Origin: an uncultured Eubacteriales bacterium
Lineage (GTDB): Bacteria > Acidobacteriota > Aminicenantia > Aminicenantales > UBA8522
Length of the DNA stretch: 64,000 nucleotides
Direction of reading: 5' to 3'
Assembly (NCBI GenBank): GCA_964445305.1
Contig: CAYUKK010000020.1
Location: 6,352-70,351 of the forward strand
The notes beneath the pieces were generated by a model. It was not told the DNA's origin, did not search any database, and saw only the letters and a program-made list of their open reading frames with translations. The position numbers and the translations under genes were made by a program. Positions 43,164 through 53,875 of this stretch are shown here, piece by piece; position 1 is the first letter of the stretch; every line of letters starts with the position of its first letter.

Positions 43164-45209
43164 ATGAACAAAAAAAATTTTCTCATCCCTTTTCTGGCCA
43201 TAGTTCTGGCTTTTCCCCTTCTTGGCGGCGAAAACCCCAAGCGGGCCCTCCGCTTCGACGACTTCATCCGCCTCCACAGGCTCTCTGACCCACAGGTCTC
43301 GCCCGACGGAAAGTTGATTGCCTTTGTCGTTACGGTCATGGACAGGGAAGCCAACCGGGGAAATAGCGACATATGGATAGTTCCCGCCCAGGGTGGCGAA
43401 ATGCGCCGGATGACGGCCAGCCCCGCCGCTGATTATTTCCCCCGCTGGTCGCCCGACGGCAAGAAAATCGGCTTTCTCTCCACTCGGTCGGGGACGTCGC
43501 AGGTGTGGGTGATTGACGTTTCCGGAGGGGAAGCCAGGCCCCTTACAACCGTGGCTACGGGAGTTTCGAGCTTCCTCTGGTCGCCCACGGGTCGGCATCT
43601 TGCTTTCACTTCCTCTGTCTACCCGGATTGTGCCGACGAGGAATGCAATCGAAAGCGGAAGGAGGCGGAGGAAAAAAACCCGGTTAAGGCCCGCCTCTAT
43701 GACCACCTCCTCTACCGCCACTGGAACAGCTGGTGGGACGGCACGCGCAGCCATGTCTTTATCATGCCGGCCGAGGGAGGCAAAGCGATAGATTTGACTC
43801 CGGGCGATTTCGACACTCCGCCCCTGGCCCTCGGCGGCAACCAGGATTATATGTTTTCTCCCGACGGCATGGAAATCTGTTTGGTCCGCAACGAGGACCC
43901 AGAACTCAGACTCGGCCTGGGAACGAACAACGACCTCTTCCTGACCTCCGTTGAGGGAGGCGCGCTGATTCGGATAACAGAAAATCGGGCCAACGATAAT
44001 CAGCCTGCTTACTCCCCTGATGGCCAGTCCATCGCCTACCGAGCCATGGCCCGGCCAGGTTTTGAAGCGGATAAGTATGCCCTCATCCTGTTCAACAGAA
44101 AAACGCGTCAGCTAACTTCCCTTACTGCTGACCTCGATTATTCAGTCGAGGAAATGGCCTGGGCACCGGATGGCTCCTCTCTTTATTTTACGGCCGAAGA
44201 AAAAGGCCGAATCGCTCTCTTCCGAATCAGACTGGCGACCAAGGTCAGGGAGAAAATCCTTGACGGCCACTTTCTCACCTCCCTTCGCGTCTCGCCCGAC
44301 GGGAAAAAACTCTACTTTCTTGAACAGAGCCTCCATCAGCCAGCCGAACTCGTTTCCCTGGACCTGGCTACAAAGCAGCTTAAGCCCTTAACCTCTGTCA
44401 ACAAGGACCTTCTCGCTGAGCTCGAGTTGCCGCCAGCCGAAGAATTCTGGTTTAAGGGGGCAGGCGGAGATATGGTCCATGGCTTTCTCCTCAAACCACC
44501 CTTCTTCGACGCGGCCAAGAAATACCCCCTCGTCATGCTCATCCACGGTGGTCCTCAATCGGCCTGGGGGGATAGCTTCCATTACCGCTGGAATGCTCAG
44601 ATGTTTGCCTCACCGGGGATCGTCGTGGCCATGGTCAATTTCCACGGCAGCACGGGCTACGGACAAGCTTTCACGGACTCCATCAGCGGCGACTGGGGAG
44701 GAAAGCCCTTTCAGGACATCATGGTTGGTTTGGACTACCTCCTGGCCAACTATAACTTTATCGACAGGGACCGCCTGGCTGCTGCCGGCGCTTCCTATGG
44801 TGGGTACATGGTCAACTGGATTCTGGGTCAGACAGACAGGTTCCGCTGCCTCGTTTCCCATTCGGGAGTTTTCGACCTCGTCTCGATGTACGGCTCGACG
44901 GAAGAACTCTGGTTTCCAGAATGGGAATTCCGGGGCACTCCCTGGACAAACCCGGATGAATACCTGAAATGGTCGCCCAGCTCCTACGTCTCCAATTTCA
45001 AAACGCCCTGTCTCGTCATCCACAGTGCTAACGACTTCCGCGTTCCTCTTTGCCAGGGGTTACAGCTATTCACTGCTCTCCAGCGCCAGAATATCCCTTC
45101 CCGGTTTCTTTATTTTCCGGATGAGGACCATTTTGTCCAGAAGCCCAGAAACGCAGAGCTGTGGTGGCAGACCGTGCTCGAATGGCTCAAAGCTTACCTG
45201 GAAAAATAG
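43164..45209 (+). CDS. S9 family serine peptidase (prolyl oligopeptidase/acylaminoacyl-peptidase type) with N-terminal PD40 propeller
   Basis: ATG after AGGGAGGA, a signal peptide, PD40 repeats (SPDGKLIAF, WSPDGKKIGFLSTRSG), a nucleophile elbow GASYGGYM, and the distal catalytic region (LVIHSANDFRVP, DEDHF). Confidence 0.8.
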   Translation: MNKKNFLIPFLAIVLAFPLLGGENPKRALRFDDFIRLHRLSDPQVSPDGKLIAFVVTVMDREANRGNSDIWIVPAQGGEMRRMTASPAADYFPRWSPDGKKIGFLSTRSGTSQVWVIDVSGGEARPLTTVATGVSSFLWSPTGRHLAFTSSVYPDCADEECNRKRKEAEEKNPVKARLYDHLLYRHWNSWWDGTRSHVFIMPAEGGKAIDLTPGDFDTPPLALGGNQDYMFSPDGMEICLVRNEDPELRLGLGTNNDLFLTSVEGGALIRITENRANDNQPAYSPDGQSIAYRAMARPGFEADKYALILFNRKTRQLTSLTADLDYSVEEMAWAPDGSSLYFTAEEKGRIALFRIRLATKVREKILDGHFLTSLRVSPDGKKLYFLEQSLHQPAELVSLDLATKQLKPLTSVNKDLLAELELPPAEEFWFKGAGGDMVHGFLLKPPFFDAAKKYPLVMLIHGGPQSAWGDSFHYRWNAQMFASPGIVVAMVNFHGSTGYGQAFTDSISGDWGGKPFQDIMVGLDYLLANYNFIDRDRLAAAGASYGGYMVNWILGQTDRFRCLVSHSGVFDLVSMYGSTEELWFPEWEFRGTPWTNPDEYLKWSPSSYVSNFKTPCLVIHSANDFRVPLCQGLQLFTALQRQNIPSRFLYFPDEDHFVQKPRNAELWWQTVLEWLKAYLEK

Positions 45210-45218
45210 GGTGGGGGC

Positions 45219-46115
45219 TCACTCCTTGAGAGGAAGATTAAGGAGGGCAAGAGGGTCAACCCGGCTATCCAAAACCTTCGCTCCCCAGTGGAGATGAGGC
45301 CCGGTTGACCTCCCGGTGCTGCCGACCAAGCCGATGATATCCCCCTTCTGAACAAGCTTGCCCCGGCGGACGTTCAGGCTAGAAAAATGGCAGTAATACG
45401 TAAAAAGCCCAAGTCCGTGGTCAAGGATAACCGTCTTGCCCGAAAAATAGAGGTCTCGGGCTAAGACAACGCGACCCGTGTTGGAAGCTCGAACCGGGTC
45501 GCCGGCCGAGCCCGAAATATCCACCCCCGAGTGCGTCGATCGCGGCACGTTATTATAAACCCGTTTCTCACCGAAGTTCGGCGCTATCCGTCCTTCGTGG
45601 GGAACGATGAAGGGACCTTGGGCCAACCATCGGGGGGTGAAGGTCTGGTAAATGGTGCGGAGAAGCTCAGCCTCCCAGGCAATCCTCTCCTGGACTTCAG
45701 GGGGCGGGGTCACGTACTTCTCCTCCACCCAGAGCTTTTTCACGGGGAATTCCCTCGGCCGCACAGAAAATTCCTGTTTGACCGTCTCCACTTGATTTTC
45801 TTTGCCAACGAAGACAACTTCGAGAACGTGCGACCCCGGTGCGATGGCAAGGTCGAGTCCAATGAGTGCCAGGGGCTCAAAACCTCCCTCGCGAGAACCC
45901 AACTCGAAGGTGGCTCGAGCATAACGAACAACGGCTTTCTTTAGCGACGCGGGGTTCTCCAGACGAGCCACAAGAATATCCCCGGGCGTGAAGGAAGCAG
46001 CCTCAACCTCAAGCCGGGCCCCGAGCGACGACATAACGACGATAGTTTCGCCGGCAGACAAGGAAATCAAGCCAGTCATCATCGTCATAAAAAAGAGAAA
46101 AAACTTTTTTCCCAT
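45219..46115 (-). CDS. M23 family metallopeptidase (LytM-like)
   Basis: HxxxD and HxH motifs of the M23 family (RSTHSGVDISGSAGDPVRA, GRSTGPHLHWGAKV). Signal peptide present. Confidence 0.8.
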   Translation of the reverse strand: MGKKFFLFFMTMMTGLISLSAGETIVVMSSLGARLEVEAASFTPGDILVARLENPASLKKAVVRYARATFELGSREGGFEPLALIGLDLAIAPGSHVLEVVFVGKENQVETVKQEFSVRPREFPVKKLWVEEKYVTPPPEVQERIAWEAELLRTIYQTFTPRWLAQGPFIVPHEGRIAPNFGEKRVYNNVPRSTHSGVDISGSAGDPVRASNTGRVVLARDLYFSGKTVILDHGLGLFTYYCHFSSLNVRRGKLVQKGDIIGLVGSTGRSTGPHLHWGAKVLDSRVDPLALLNLPLKE

Positions 46116-46118
46116 GCT

Positions 46119-47813
46119 CTACACCCTCTTCTTGAGGATTTTCCCAGCGAGACGGCCGGTGTGCTCGCCGCCGGCGATAGCCACCTGACCGTTGACAAGG
46201 ACAAACTCGATTCCCTGTGGATATTGGTGAGGCTCCTCCCATGTCGCTCGATCAGCCACTCGGCTCGGGTCAAAAACTACCAGGTCAGCCACTGCCCCCA
46301 ACTCGATTGTCCCTCTTTTTCCCAGCCCAAAACGCGATGCCGGGATGGAGGTCATTTTCTTGATCATCTCCTCGAGCGAGCAAACTTTCTCCTCCCGCAC
46401 GTACTTTCCCAGGACTCTCGGAAATGTGCCGTAGTTTCGGGGATGGGGCTTGCCCAAACTCAAGCGGCCGTAGGGAGCCACGGCGGAGCCATCACAGCCG
46501 ACACCGACGAGGGGATGGCCGAGAATCTTCTTCAAGTTCTCTTCACTCATCATGAACGCTATCATCCCCACCTGGCCTTTCTCCTCAACCAGAAGGTCGC
46601 GCATGAAAGCAAAGGCATCCTTGCCGCACGAATCGGCCGCTTCCTTGATTGTTTTGCCTTGAAAATGCCTGTTTTTCTCGGAGATGATGGAGCTCAGCAA
46701 CACTTTTTCCCAGGAGCCGAGTTTTTTCTCCTGCTCGGCGACATAAGCCCTGAGGCTAACTTCCAGAGACGGGTCCTGGAGACGGTTGAGGAAATCCTCC
46801 GTCTTCCCTTCTTTGGCCCACATGGGAAAATAGAAACTGAGACCCGTAGACCCCGCAATGTAGGGATAGCGGTCCGCGAAGATGTCCATTCCTTCCTGTT
46901 TCGCTCTTTCTAAGCGCGCCAACGCTTCGTCGATTTTCGGCCAATTGCGAGGATAGGCCACCTTCAGATGGGAGACTTGGAGTTTGACCCCACTCGCGCG
47001 CGCTGTCGAAATGGATTCGTCGAGAGATTCCAGAAGAAAGTCCCCTTCATCCCTCATGTGGGTGGCGTAAACACCGTCGAACTCACGGACGACTCGACAG
47101 AGAGCCGTTATTTCCTCCGGGCTGGCAAAACTTCCTGGCGCGTATTCCAGGCCGGTAGATAGGCCAAAAGCGCCGGCCCGGAGATGCTTCCGGACTTCCT
47201 CTCTCATTCTGGCCATCTCGTCTTCGGATGGGGGCCTGTTTTCAAACCCCATGACGTCGCCCCGCAGAGAGCCAAGGCCGAGGAGAGTGGCATAGTTTAT
47301 CCCCAGTCCGGCCTTCTCCAAGCGCTGGAAAAAGCCGTTCATGTCGCGCCAGTCGAGGTCGACGTCGTAGACTCTTTTCAAATTCTCCCTTTCCTCCTCC
47401 AAAGTGGCTTCCGCGACGGGGAATGGAGAGGAGCCGCAGTTGCCGCTGATAACAGTGGTAATGCCCTGGTGGATAAGGCTCTCGGCTCGGGGGTTGACCA
47501 AGAGGCTCACGTCCGTGTGGTCATGGACATCGATGAAACCCGGACAAACGGCTAAATTTTTAGCCTGGATAATCTCTTTAGCCCGGTTTTTTCTTACTTT
47601 TCCGATAAATACGATCGAATCGCTTATAATTCCGATATCCGCTTCTCGCGGCTCGCCTCCCCGGCCGTCGTAAACCAGCCCGTTTTCGATGAGGATGTCA
47701 TAATCTTTTTTCGAAGAACAACCCTTGAGCAAAGGTCCGGTCCCCGCCAATCCTAAGATCGCCACTTGCGCTGTTTTCTCAAGAAAAGCTCGCCGGCCAA
47801 ATCGATGTCTCAT
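46119..47813 (-). CDS. N-acyl-D-amino-acid deacylase (D-aminoacylase) family amidohydrolase, Tat signal
   Basis: Twin-arginine leader MRHRFGRRAFLEKTAQVAILGLAG, amidohydrolase metal site FIDVHDHTD. 564 aa, typical D-aminoacylase length. Confidence 0.7.
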   Translation of the reverse strand: MRHRFGRRAFLEKTAQVAILGLAGTGPLLKGCSSKKDYDILIENGLVYDGRGGEPREADIGIISDSIVFIGKVRKNRAKEIIQAKNLAVCPGFIDVHDHTDVSLLVNPRAESLIHQGITTVISGNCGSSPFPVAEATLEEERENLKRVYDVDLDWRDMNGFFQRLEKAGLGINYATLLGLGSLRGDVMGFENRPPSEDEMARMREEVRKHLRAGAFGLSTGLEYAPGSFASPEEITALCRVVREFDGVYATHMRDEGDFLLESLDESISTARASGVKLQVSHLKVAYPRNWPKIDEALARLERAKQEGMDIFADRYPYIAGSTGLSFYFPMWAKEGKTEDFLNRLQDPSLEVSLRAYVAEQEKKLGSWEKVLLSSIISEKNRHFQGKTIKEAADSCGKDAFAFMRDLLVEEKGQVGMIAFMMSEENLKKILGHPLVGVGCDGSAVAPYGRLSLGKPHPRNYGTFPRVLGKYVREEKVCSLEEMIKKMTSIPASRFGLGKRGTIELGAVADLVVFDPSRVADRATWEEPHQYPQGIEFVLVNGQVAIAGGEHTGRLAGKILKKRV

Positions 47814-47856
47814 GTGTATCCTCCACCAGAGACCTGTCTTGGCATGGATAATGACC

Positions 47857-48681
47857 TCAGAAATGATAACTCACGACTAATGACTTATATCCTGGAGAGA
47901 GATGGAGGGAAAAACGTGCCCTCGTCTCCTCTTTATCTCTGTTCAGGCGGCATATTTTCCTGGCGATGAAATATCCGAGAGCTGAGCCGACGAGGACGTC
48001 GGACGTCCAGTGCTTATCCTGGACAATCCGAGCCACCCCAACGAGGGAGGCCAGGCTGTAAGCCAAGATGTCGACAGGGACAGCTTTGGTTTCCTCGGCT
48101 ATGGCCGTGGCTACAGCGAAAGCGGAAGCGGCGTGGCCGGAGGGGAAGGATGTCCGTCCCGAGGCGAAAGAAAAGGGACGGAACGTCGAGCTCGATTCAC
48201 CTGTCGAAGGCCTGGAGCGACCCAGCACAAACTTGGCGCCCCAGATAAAGATCGTCGTCGTCACCAGACTCTCCAAACAAAGAAGGGAAGTTCGACGGAG
48301 CGAATCCTTCTTTCCCATTTCACCGGTAAGGTAGAGAGCAGCCAGACCGCCCAGCAGAAAGCCGCCATCCCCGAAAGAGGAAAAAAACGAAGCTCCCTCT
48401 TCGACGTCCGGAGTTCGCTTCGCCAAGACCTCTCGGCGGATGTCCGCGTCGAGGGCAAAGCAGAGAAAAGTCGTCCCGGATAAGGCAGCCACAGTGAGTG
48501 CATCGCGTTTCTGCCAGTGAGCTGGCGAGCTCACCACACTCGCCAAGTCTTTTCCGCAACGGAGAAAGAAATCCTCATTGAGCCTGTTGGCATCGGCCTC
48601 TTGTTCCCCTCCCCAGAGGAGCATGACGGAGAAAATGAAAACAAGAAAGCCCATTCTTGCTCTATTCGCCCTTTTGGCCAT
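47857..48681 (-). CDS. PAP2-family phosphatase
   Basis: PAP2 motifs KFVLGRSRP, SFPSGHA, and the conserved His in VGVARIVQDKHWTSDV. Start moved to an internal ATG to avoid overlapping waaA. Confidence 0.7.
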   Translation of the reverse strand: MAKRANRARMGFLVFIFSVMLLWGGEQEADANRLNEDFFLRCGKDLASVVSSPAHWQKRDALTVAALSGTTFLCFALDADIRREVLAKRTPDVEEGASFFSSFGDGGFLLGGLAALYLTGEMGKKDSLRRTSLLCLESLVTTTIFIWGAKFVLGRSRPSTGESSSTFRPFSFASGRTSFPSGHAASAFAVATAIAEETKAVPVDILAYSLASLVGVARIVQDKHWTSDVLVGSALGYFIARKICRLNRDKEETRARFSLHLSPGYKSLVVSYHF

Positions 48682-48682
48682 T

Positions 48683-49975
48683 CTATGTTCGTCCTGGCAC
48701 CGGGTGATGCTCGGCCATAAAACTTTCGATGACACGGAGAGTTCGCTCCGTCGCCCCCTGTAACGATCGGAGAACAGCCCGGCCGCGCTCTCCCATTTCC
48801 AGCAGAGCTGGCCCCTCCTCGCCCAGAAAAAGCGCCGTCAACTCCTCTGGCCGGAGGACAAGTCGAGCCGCTCGCTGACGGAGGAATTCCTCAGCCAAAA
48901 AGGCGAAGTTGTCCATGTGCGGTCCGAAGATAATCGGTTTCCCGTAAAAAGCCGGCTCGAGGAGGTTCTGGCCGCCTCGGGGAACCAGGCTTCCGCCAAC
49001 GAAAGAGAGGTCGGAAAGATTGTAGAATTGATACAATTCGCCCATGGTATCGAGAATCAGAACATCCCAGCTCTTTCCCGACCCAGCGCGGCTCCGGCGT
49101 TCAACCTCAAAGCCCCTGTCCCGGGCGAGCCTCTCCACTTCTGGCGCTCGGCCGATATGGCGGGGGACAAGAATCAACCTCAAGTTCTCTTCTTTCTGCC
49201 GCGCCTTCTCGAAGCTCTCCAGCAACACCTCTTCCTCTCCTGGGTGGGTGCTTCCCGCAACGATGACCCTCTTCCCTTCGGGAAGACCGATCCGCCGCTT
49301 GAGTTCAGCTTTTTCCGCATCACTCAAGGCAGGAAGTTGGACATCGCATTTGAGATTGCCGACGACATCGATTCTTTCCCCTGGCACGCCGAGCTTGACC
49401 AGCCGCCAGCGGTCAACTTCCGTCTGGACCAAGAACCTGTCCAGCTGGCCGAGAATACGGCGCACGAGCGGTTTGGCCAATCGGTACTTCTGGAAAGAAC
49501 GACCGGACACCCGGCCATTGACCAACAGAACAGTCCTGGCTCTTTTTCTGGCGACCCGGATCAAATTGGGCCAGAATTCCGACTCGACGAGGATAAAAAG
49601 GTCGGGACGCAGGGCCCGAAAAAACCTGTCCACAGCCGCCCGGAAATCGAGCGGCGCGTAGAAAATGGACATGGCACCGACGAGCTTCTCTTCAGCGACC
49701 ATTAAGCCAGCGCTCGTCAGTGTCGAACAATGGACTTCCCAATCTGGCTGCCTCTTTCGGATTTCCCGAAAAAGATTCCTTAAGCTCAAAACTTCGCCCA
49801 CGGAGACGGCGTGAAACCACAAGCATGGCCGGTCTGATTGCCTGGCCTTTAGCCCGAAGCCCAGCCGAGCCCGGAGATAGAGGCTGGCCCCCCTTCCTTT
49901 CTTCCCTTTCCAAAGGTAAAGGGGAGCATAGATGACCAGGGCGAGGAAAAGGAGGATGGCGTAGAGAACATACAC
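48683..49975 (-). CDS. waaA: 3-deoxy-D-manno-octulosonic acid (Kdo) transferase
   Basis: N-terminal membrane anchor, the HAVSVGE motif, and a GT-B fold. 430 aa. Confidence 0.8.
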   Translation of the reverse strand: MYVLYAILLFLALVIYAPLYLWKGKKGRGASLYLRARLGFGLKARQSDRPCLWFHAVSVGEVLSLRNLFREIRKRQPDWEVHCSTLTSAGLMVAEEKLVGAMSIFYAPLDFRAAVDRFFRALRPDLFILVESEFWPNLIRVARKRARTVLLVNGRVSGRSFQKYRLAKPLVRRILGQLDRFLVQTEVDRWRLVKLGVPGERIDVVGNLKCDVQLPALSDAEKAELKRRIGLPEGKRVIVAGSTHPGEEEVLLESFEKARQKEENLRLILVPRHIGRAPEVERLARDRGFEVERRSRAGSGKSWDVLILDTMGELYQFYNLSDLSFVGGSLVPRGGQNLLEPAFYGKPIIFGPHMDNFAFLAEEFLRQRAARLVLRPEELTALFLGEEGPALLEMGERGRAVLRSLQGATERTLRVIESFMAEHHPVPGRT

Positions 49976-50022
49976 AGGGTCATGACTATACTAAAATCCG
50001 CCCGGAGCTTCAAGTCGGCGCA

Positions 50023-50259
50023 TTGCCAGAGAAAGAAAAATCTGCTATTCTTATGAAAAAAACTTGGAAAGAATGGAACATGACGGACGAGAAAAGCGGT
50101 GAATCCAGGGCCAAAGCCAATCGGAATAAGAAAATCAACCAGATGACTCTCGAGGAAATCGAAAGAAAACTCGAGGAAATCAAGACCACGATGGGCGGAC
50201 ATTCCTCTCGGTATGCCCGGGAGCTCTTGCGACGGAGAGAGGTTTTGCTTTCCCGCTAA
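50023..50259 (+). CDS. Hypothetical small charged protein (78 aa) in the waaA-rpsO intergenic region
   Basis: ORF only. Lys/Glu-rich with predicted helices (TLEEIERKLEEIKTT). No ribosome-binding site checked. Could be non-coding. Confidence 0.2.
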   Translation: MPEKEKSAILMKKTWKEWNMTDEKSGESRAKANRNKKINQMTLEEIERKLEEIKTTMGGHSSRYARELLRRREVLLSR

Positions 50260-50483
50260 ATTCGGCCCTATTAGAATTAGTCCTTTGGCGGACACCGGCG
50301 CGGAACCCCCAAAATTGCTCCTGGTTAAATCGAGAAGGAGGCTCTCGATCAGGCCGACAGGCAGGGAGAAAAGCTATCTTTCCCTGACGGGAATTTCCTG
50401 ACTCCAATCTTGAGGCAGAAAAGGTGGTTTACAACCCGGGGGAAATCTGATAGACTTAGGACTTGATTGAAGGAGTTAGAGTT

Positions 50484-50750
50484 GTGTTGAGCAAGGAACA
50501 CAAAACGAAAATCATGGAGAGCCACAGGCACAAGCCCGAGGACACGGGTTCTCCCGAGGTCCAAATCGCTCTTCTCAGCGAAAGGATCCGTTTGCTCACC
50601 GAGCATCTCATCACGCACAAGAAAGACTTTACTTCTCGGGTCGGGCTGATGAAATTGGTCGGGAAGCGAAAGAGGCTCCTGGCTTATCTAAAAAGGGAAG
50701 ACGCTGCCCGCTACGAGAAACTCATCCAGAAGCTTAACCTCCGAAAATAG
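50484..50750 (+). CDS. rpsO: 30S ribosomal protein S15
   Basis: GTG start 8 nt after [28 protein letters not shown] and [40 protein letters not shown] match S15. Followed by pnp, the conserved rpsO-pnp arrangement. Confidence 0.85.
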   Translation: MLSKEHKTKIMESHRHKPEDTGSPEVQIALLSERIRLLTEHLITHKKDFTSRVGLMKLVGKRKRLLAYLKREDAARYEKLIQKLNLRK

Positions 50751-50770
50751 ACAACTCGACAGGGAAGACC

Positions 50771-52939
50771 ATGTCTCAAACCATTGTCCTTGAAATCAAT
50801 AATCGTCCTCTGTCTATTGACATTGGCAAGATCGGCCGTCAAGCCGACGGGTCCGCCATGGTCCGTTATGGCGAAACCATCATGTTCTGTGCGGCGACGT
50901 CGAAAAAAGAAGCCAAGGAGGAGAAATCCTTTCTCCCCCTGATTGTGGATTACCGTGAGAACACGTATGCGGCGGGGAAAATTCCGGGCGGCTTTTTTAA
51001 GCGCGAGGGAAGGCCGACCGAGCGCGAAATCCTCGTCAGTCGCTTGATCGACCGCCCCATCCGCCCTCTTTTTCCGGAGGGTTATCATTTTGACACCCAG
51101 ATTGTCTCCCTCCTTCTTTCGGCTGACCTGGAAAACGAGCCCGATACTCTGGGCATCATCGGAGCCTCGGCCGCCCTTTATTTTTCAGATATTCCCTTCA
51201 CGACTCCCCTCGGGGCAGTCAAAGTCGGCCTGGTCGACGGCGAGTTCATCATCAACCCGACGGTTGCCCAGCTCGAAAAGAGCCGGTTAAACATGGTTGT
51301 CGCCGGCACAGAGGAAGGGATCATTATGGTCGAGGCCGGCGCCGTGGAGGTAGAAGAAGAAAAGATTGTTGAAGCCATAACCCTGGCCCAGGAGCCCATC
51401 CGGAGAATTATCGACGCCCAAAAAGAGCTTTTTGCTCGGCTCAATATCAAGAAGCGGGAATTCAGCGCCAAGCCGCTGGATAAAGAAAAATTCGAAAAAA
51501 TCGAGCAGCGCATCGGGACCGAGCTCCTCCAGGCCATTCAGATCAAAAGGAAGAAGGAGAGCGAGGCCGAGACGATGCGGCTCCTGAAGAGCTTGCTCGA
51601 TGAAATCCCGGCCGACAACGAGGACGAGATCAACGAAACCAAGGAAATTTTCTTCGCCCTGGAGAAGAAGCTCGTCCGCGATTTGGTGCTCAACCAGGGG
51701 CGAAGAGCGGATGGCCGCGGGTTTGACGAGATCCGCCCCATCTCCATCGAAGTCGGGCTCCTGCCGCGGACGCACGGTTCAGCCCTCTTCACGCGGGGGG
51801 AGACGCAATGTCTGGCCACGGTCACGCTGGGAACGTTCGAGGACGTGCAGAGGCTTGACGGAATCGGAGAAGAAGCGGAAAAACGGTTCATGCTCCACTA
51901 CAACTTCCCTCCCTTTTCTGTTGGCGAGGTGGCTTTTATGCGGGCACCGGGAAGGCGAGAGATTGGCCACGGCGCTCTGGCCGAAAAATCCATTCTCCCG
52001 GCCATTCCGCCTGAGGAAGTCTTTCCCTACACCATTCGTATCGTTTCCGACATCCTGGAATCGAACGGCTCCTCTTCCATGGCCACGGTCTGCGGCGGAG
52101 TCCTGTCGCTCATGGACGCGGGCGTGCCCCTGACCATGACTGTAGCCGGCATCGCCATCGGTTTGATCAAGGAAGGATCGAAATACGCCGTCCTTACGGA
52201 CATTGCTGGCCTCGAAGACCATCTTGGCGACATGGACCTCAAGGTGACGGGGACAGAAAAAGGGGTCACCGCCATCCAGCTCGACCTCAAGATTCCCGCC
52301 ATCTCGACGGAGATTTTTCGGGAAGGGATCGAGAAGGCACGACAAGCCAGGTTAGAGGTTTTGGCCAAAATGAAAGAAGTGCTCCCTGCTCCCCGGCCTG
52401 AGATTTCCCCTTACGCTCCCCGCATCATTACTCTCTTCATCAACCCTGAGAAGGTGAGCGAGGTCATCGGTCCGGCCGGCAAGGTCATCAAGAAAATCAT
52501 CGCCCAGACCAAAGCCAAGATCGACGTCGAAGAAGACGGCAAGATCACCATCGCCTCCGTTGACATGGCGGCAGCCGAAAAAGCCAAGGAGATGATTCGG
52601 GAGATCACCCTCGAAGCTGAAGTTGGAAAAGTCTACCAGGGCAAAGTTGTTCGCATCGAGGATTACGGCGCCTTTGTCGAAATCCTGCCCAACATCGTCG
52701 GCCTTCTCCACGTTTCCGAGATCGCTCACCATCGAGTCCGAAGTGTCAGGGATGTGCTCAAGATTGGCCAAACCATCGAGGTCAAAGTCCTCAAGGTGGA
52801 CGAAGACAACAAAATAAGGCTGAGCCGGAAGGCGCTCGAAGAAAGGCCAGAAGCGCCAGCCAGCCCGGCCCAGCAGCGTTATCCCCGCCGCCGAACCTAC
52901 CATGGCGAGCGGCGGTCGCACGATAAATTCAGGCTTTGA
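50771..52939 (+). CDS. pnp: Polyribonucleotide nucleotidyltransferase (PNPase)
   Basis: 722 aa with two RNase PH domains, a KH domain and a C-terminal S1 domain (GKVVRIEDYGAFVEILPNIVGLLHVSEIAHHRV). Confidence 0.9.
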   Translation: MSQTIVLEINNRPLSIDIGKIGRQADGSAMVRYGETIMFCAATSKKEAKEEKSFLPLIVDYRENTYAAGKIPGGFFKREGRPTEREILVSRLIDRPIRPLFPEGYHFDTQIVSLLLSADLENEPDTLGIIGASAALYFSDIPFTTPLGAVKVGLVDGEFIINPTVAQLEKSRLNMVVAGTEEGIIMVEAGAVEVEEEKIVEAITLAQEPIRRIIDAQKELFARLNIKKREFSAKPLDKEKFEKIEQRIGTELLQAIQIKRKKESEAETMRLLKSLLDEIPADNEDEINETKEIFFALEKKLVRDLVLNQGRRADGRGFDEIRPISIEVGLLPRTHGSALFTRGETQCLATVTLGTFEDVQRLDGIGEEAEKRFMLHYNFPPFSVGEVAFMRAPGRREIGHGALAEKSILPAIPPEEVFPYTIRIVSDILESNGSSSMATVCGGVLSLMDAGVPLTMTVAGIAIGLIKEGSKYAVLTDIAGLEDHLGDMDLKVTGTEKGVTAIQLDLKIPAISTEIFREGIEKARQARLEVLAKMKEVLPAPRPEISPYAPRIITLFINPEKVSEVIGPAGKVIKKIIAQTKAKIDVEEDGKITIASVDMAAAEKAKEMIREITLEAEVGKVYQGKVVRIEDYGAFVEILPNIVGLLHVSEIAHHRVRSVRDVLKIGQTIEVKVLKVDEDNKIRLSRKALEERPEAPASPAQQRYPRRRTYHGERRSHDKFRL

Positions 52940-52959
52940 AAAGCCAGTTTCAAAGAAGA

Positions 52960-53460
52960 ATGGCTAAGCGCTGGCGTCGGCCGAGAGGTTTTACTCTTGT
53001 CGAAATGCTGGTGACGATTGCCATCCTCGCCGTCCTGGCCACGGCCATCATGCCCCTGGCCAAGGTGGCAGTCAAGAGAGAAAAAGAAATCGAGCTCCAG
53101 CGCAACCTCCGCCTCCTTCGCGAGGCCATCGACGCCTACAAGAAACTGGCCGATGAGAAGAAAATCGAAGTCGAAGAAGATAGCTACGGCTATCCCCCCG
53201 ATTTGGAAACCCTGGTCAAAGGAGTGGAGCTTAAGGCGGGCGGGGAACCAGGAGCAAGCAAGGAGCGATCTGATGAACCCCAGATTATCAAGTTCCTGCG
53301 GCGGATCCCGCGTGACCCGATGACCAACTCCACGGACTGGGGGCTTCGCTCCTACCAGGACGAACCGGATGCGGACGTCTGGGGAGGGGAAAATGTTTAT
53401 GATGTCTACACCAAGAGCAACGCCACAGCCCTCGACGGGACTAAATACAGGGATTGGTAA
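52960..53460 (+). CDS. GspG-like type II secretion / type IV pseudopilin (paralog 1)
   Basis: Prepilin N-terminus RGFTLVEMLVTIAILAVLATA. C-terminal segment FLRRIPRDPMTNSTDWGL resembling the T2SS-G conserved tail. A TTG at 52936 is an alternative start. Confidence 0.65.
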   Translation: MAKRWRRPRGFTLVEMLVTIAILAVLATAIMPLAKVAVKREKEIELQRNLRLLREAIDAYKKLADEKKIEVEEDSYGYPPDLETLVKGVELKAGGEPGASKERSDEPQIIKFLRRIPRDPMTNSTDWGLRSYQDEPDADVWGGENVYDVYTKSNATALDGTKYRDW

Positions 53461-53464
53461 ACTC

Positions 53465-53875
53465 ATGAGGAGGACAAACGCCCGTCCTCGGCGCGGCTTC
53501 ACGCTCATCGAACTCATCATTGTCTTCGCCCTCATCGGAATCCTGGTCGGGCTTGCCCTCCCCCAGTACAAGACGAGCTTGAAAAAAGCCCGCGAGGCCG
53601 TCCTCAAAGAAGACCTTTATATCCTGAGGAAGCTCATCGACCAATATCACACCGATAAGGGAAAGTATCCGTCTTCGCTCCGGGCTCTAGTAGAAGAAGG
53701 ATACCTCCGCCAGATCCCCGTCGACCCGATGACAAGGTCGGCCGAAACCTGGGTGGAAATCCGGGAAACGCCCTCCTATGAGGAATTGCTACCCGGCGTA
53801 GAGTTCGGCGTTATCGATGTGCGATCCGGCTCTCAGGAAAAAGCCCTTGATGGCACGACATACGACACATGGTAG
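53465..53875 (+). CDS. GspG-like pseudopilin (paralog 2)
   Basis: ATG after GGA. RRGFTLIELIIVFALIGILVGLALPQ prepilin motif and a DPMT tail (LRQIPVDPMTRSAETW). Confidence 0.7.
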   Translation: MRRTNARPRRGFTLIELIIVFALIGILVGLALPQYKTSLKKAREAVLKEDLYILRKLIDQYHTDKGKYPSSLRALVEEGYLRQIPVDPMTRSAETWVEIRETPSYEELLPGVEFGVIDVRSGSQEKALDGTTYDTW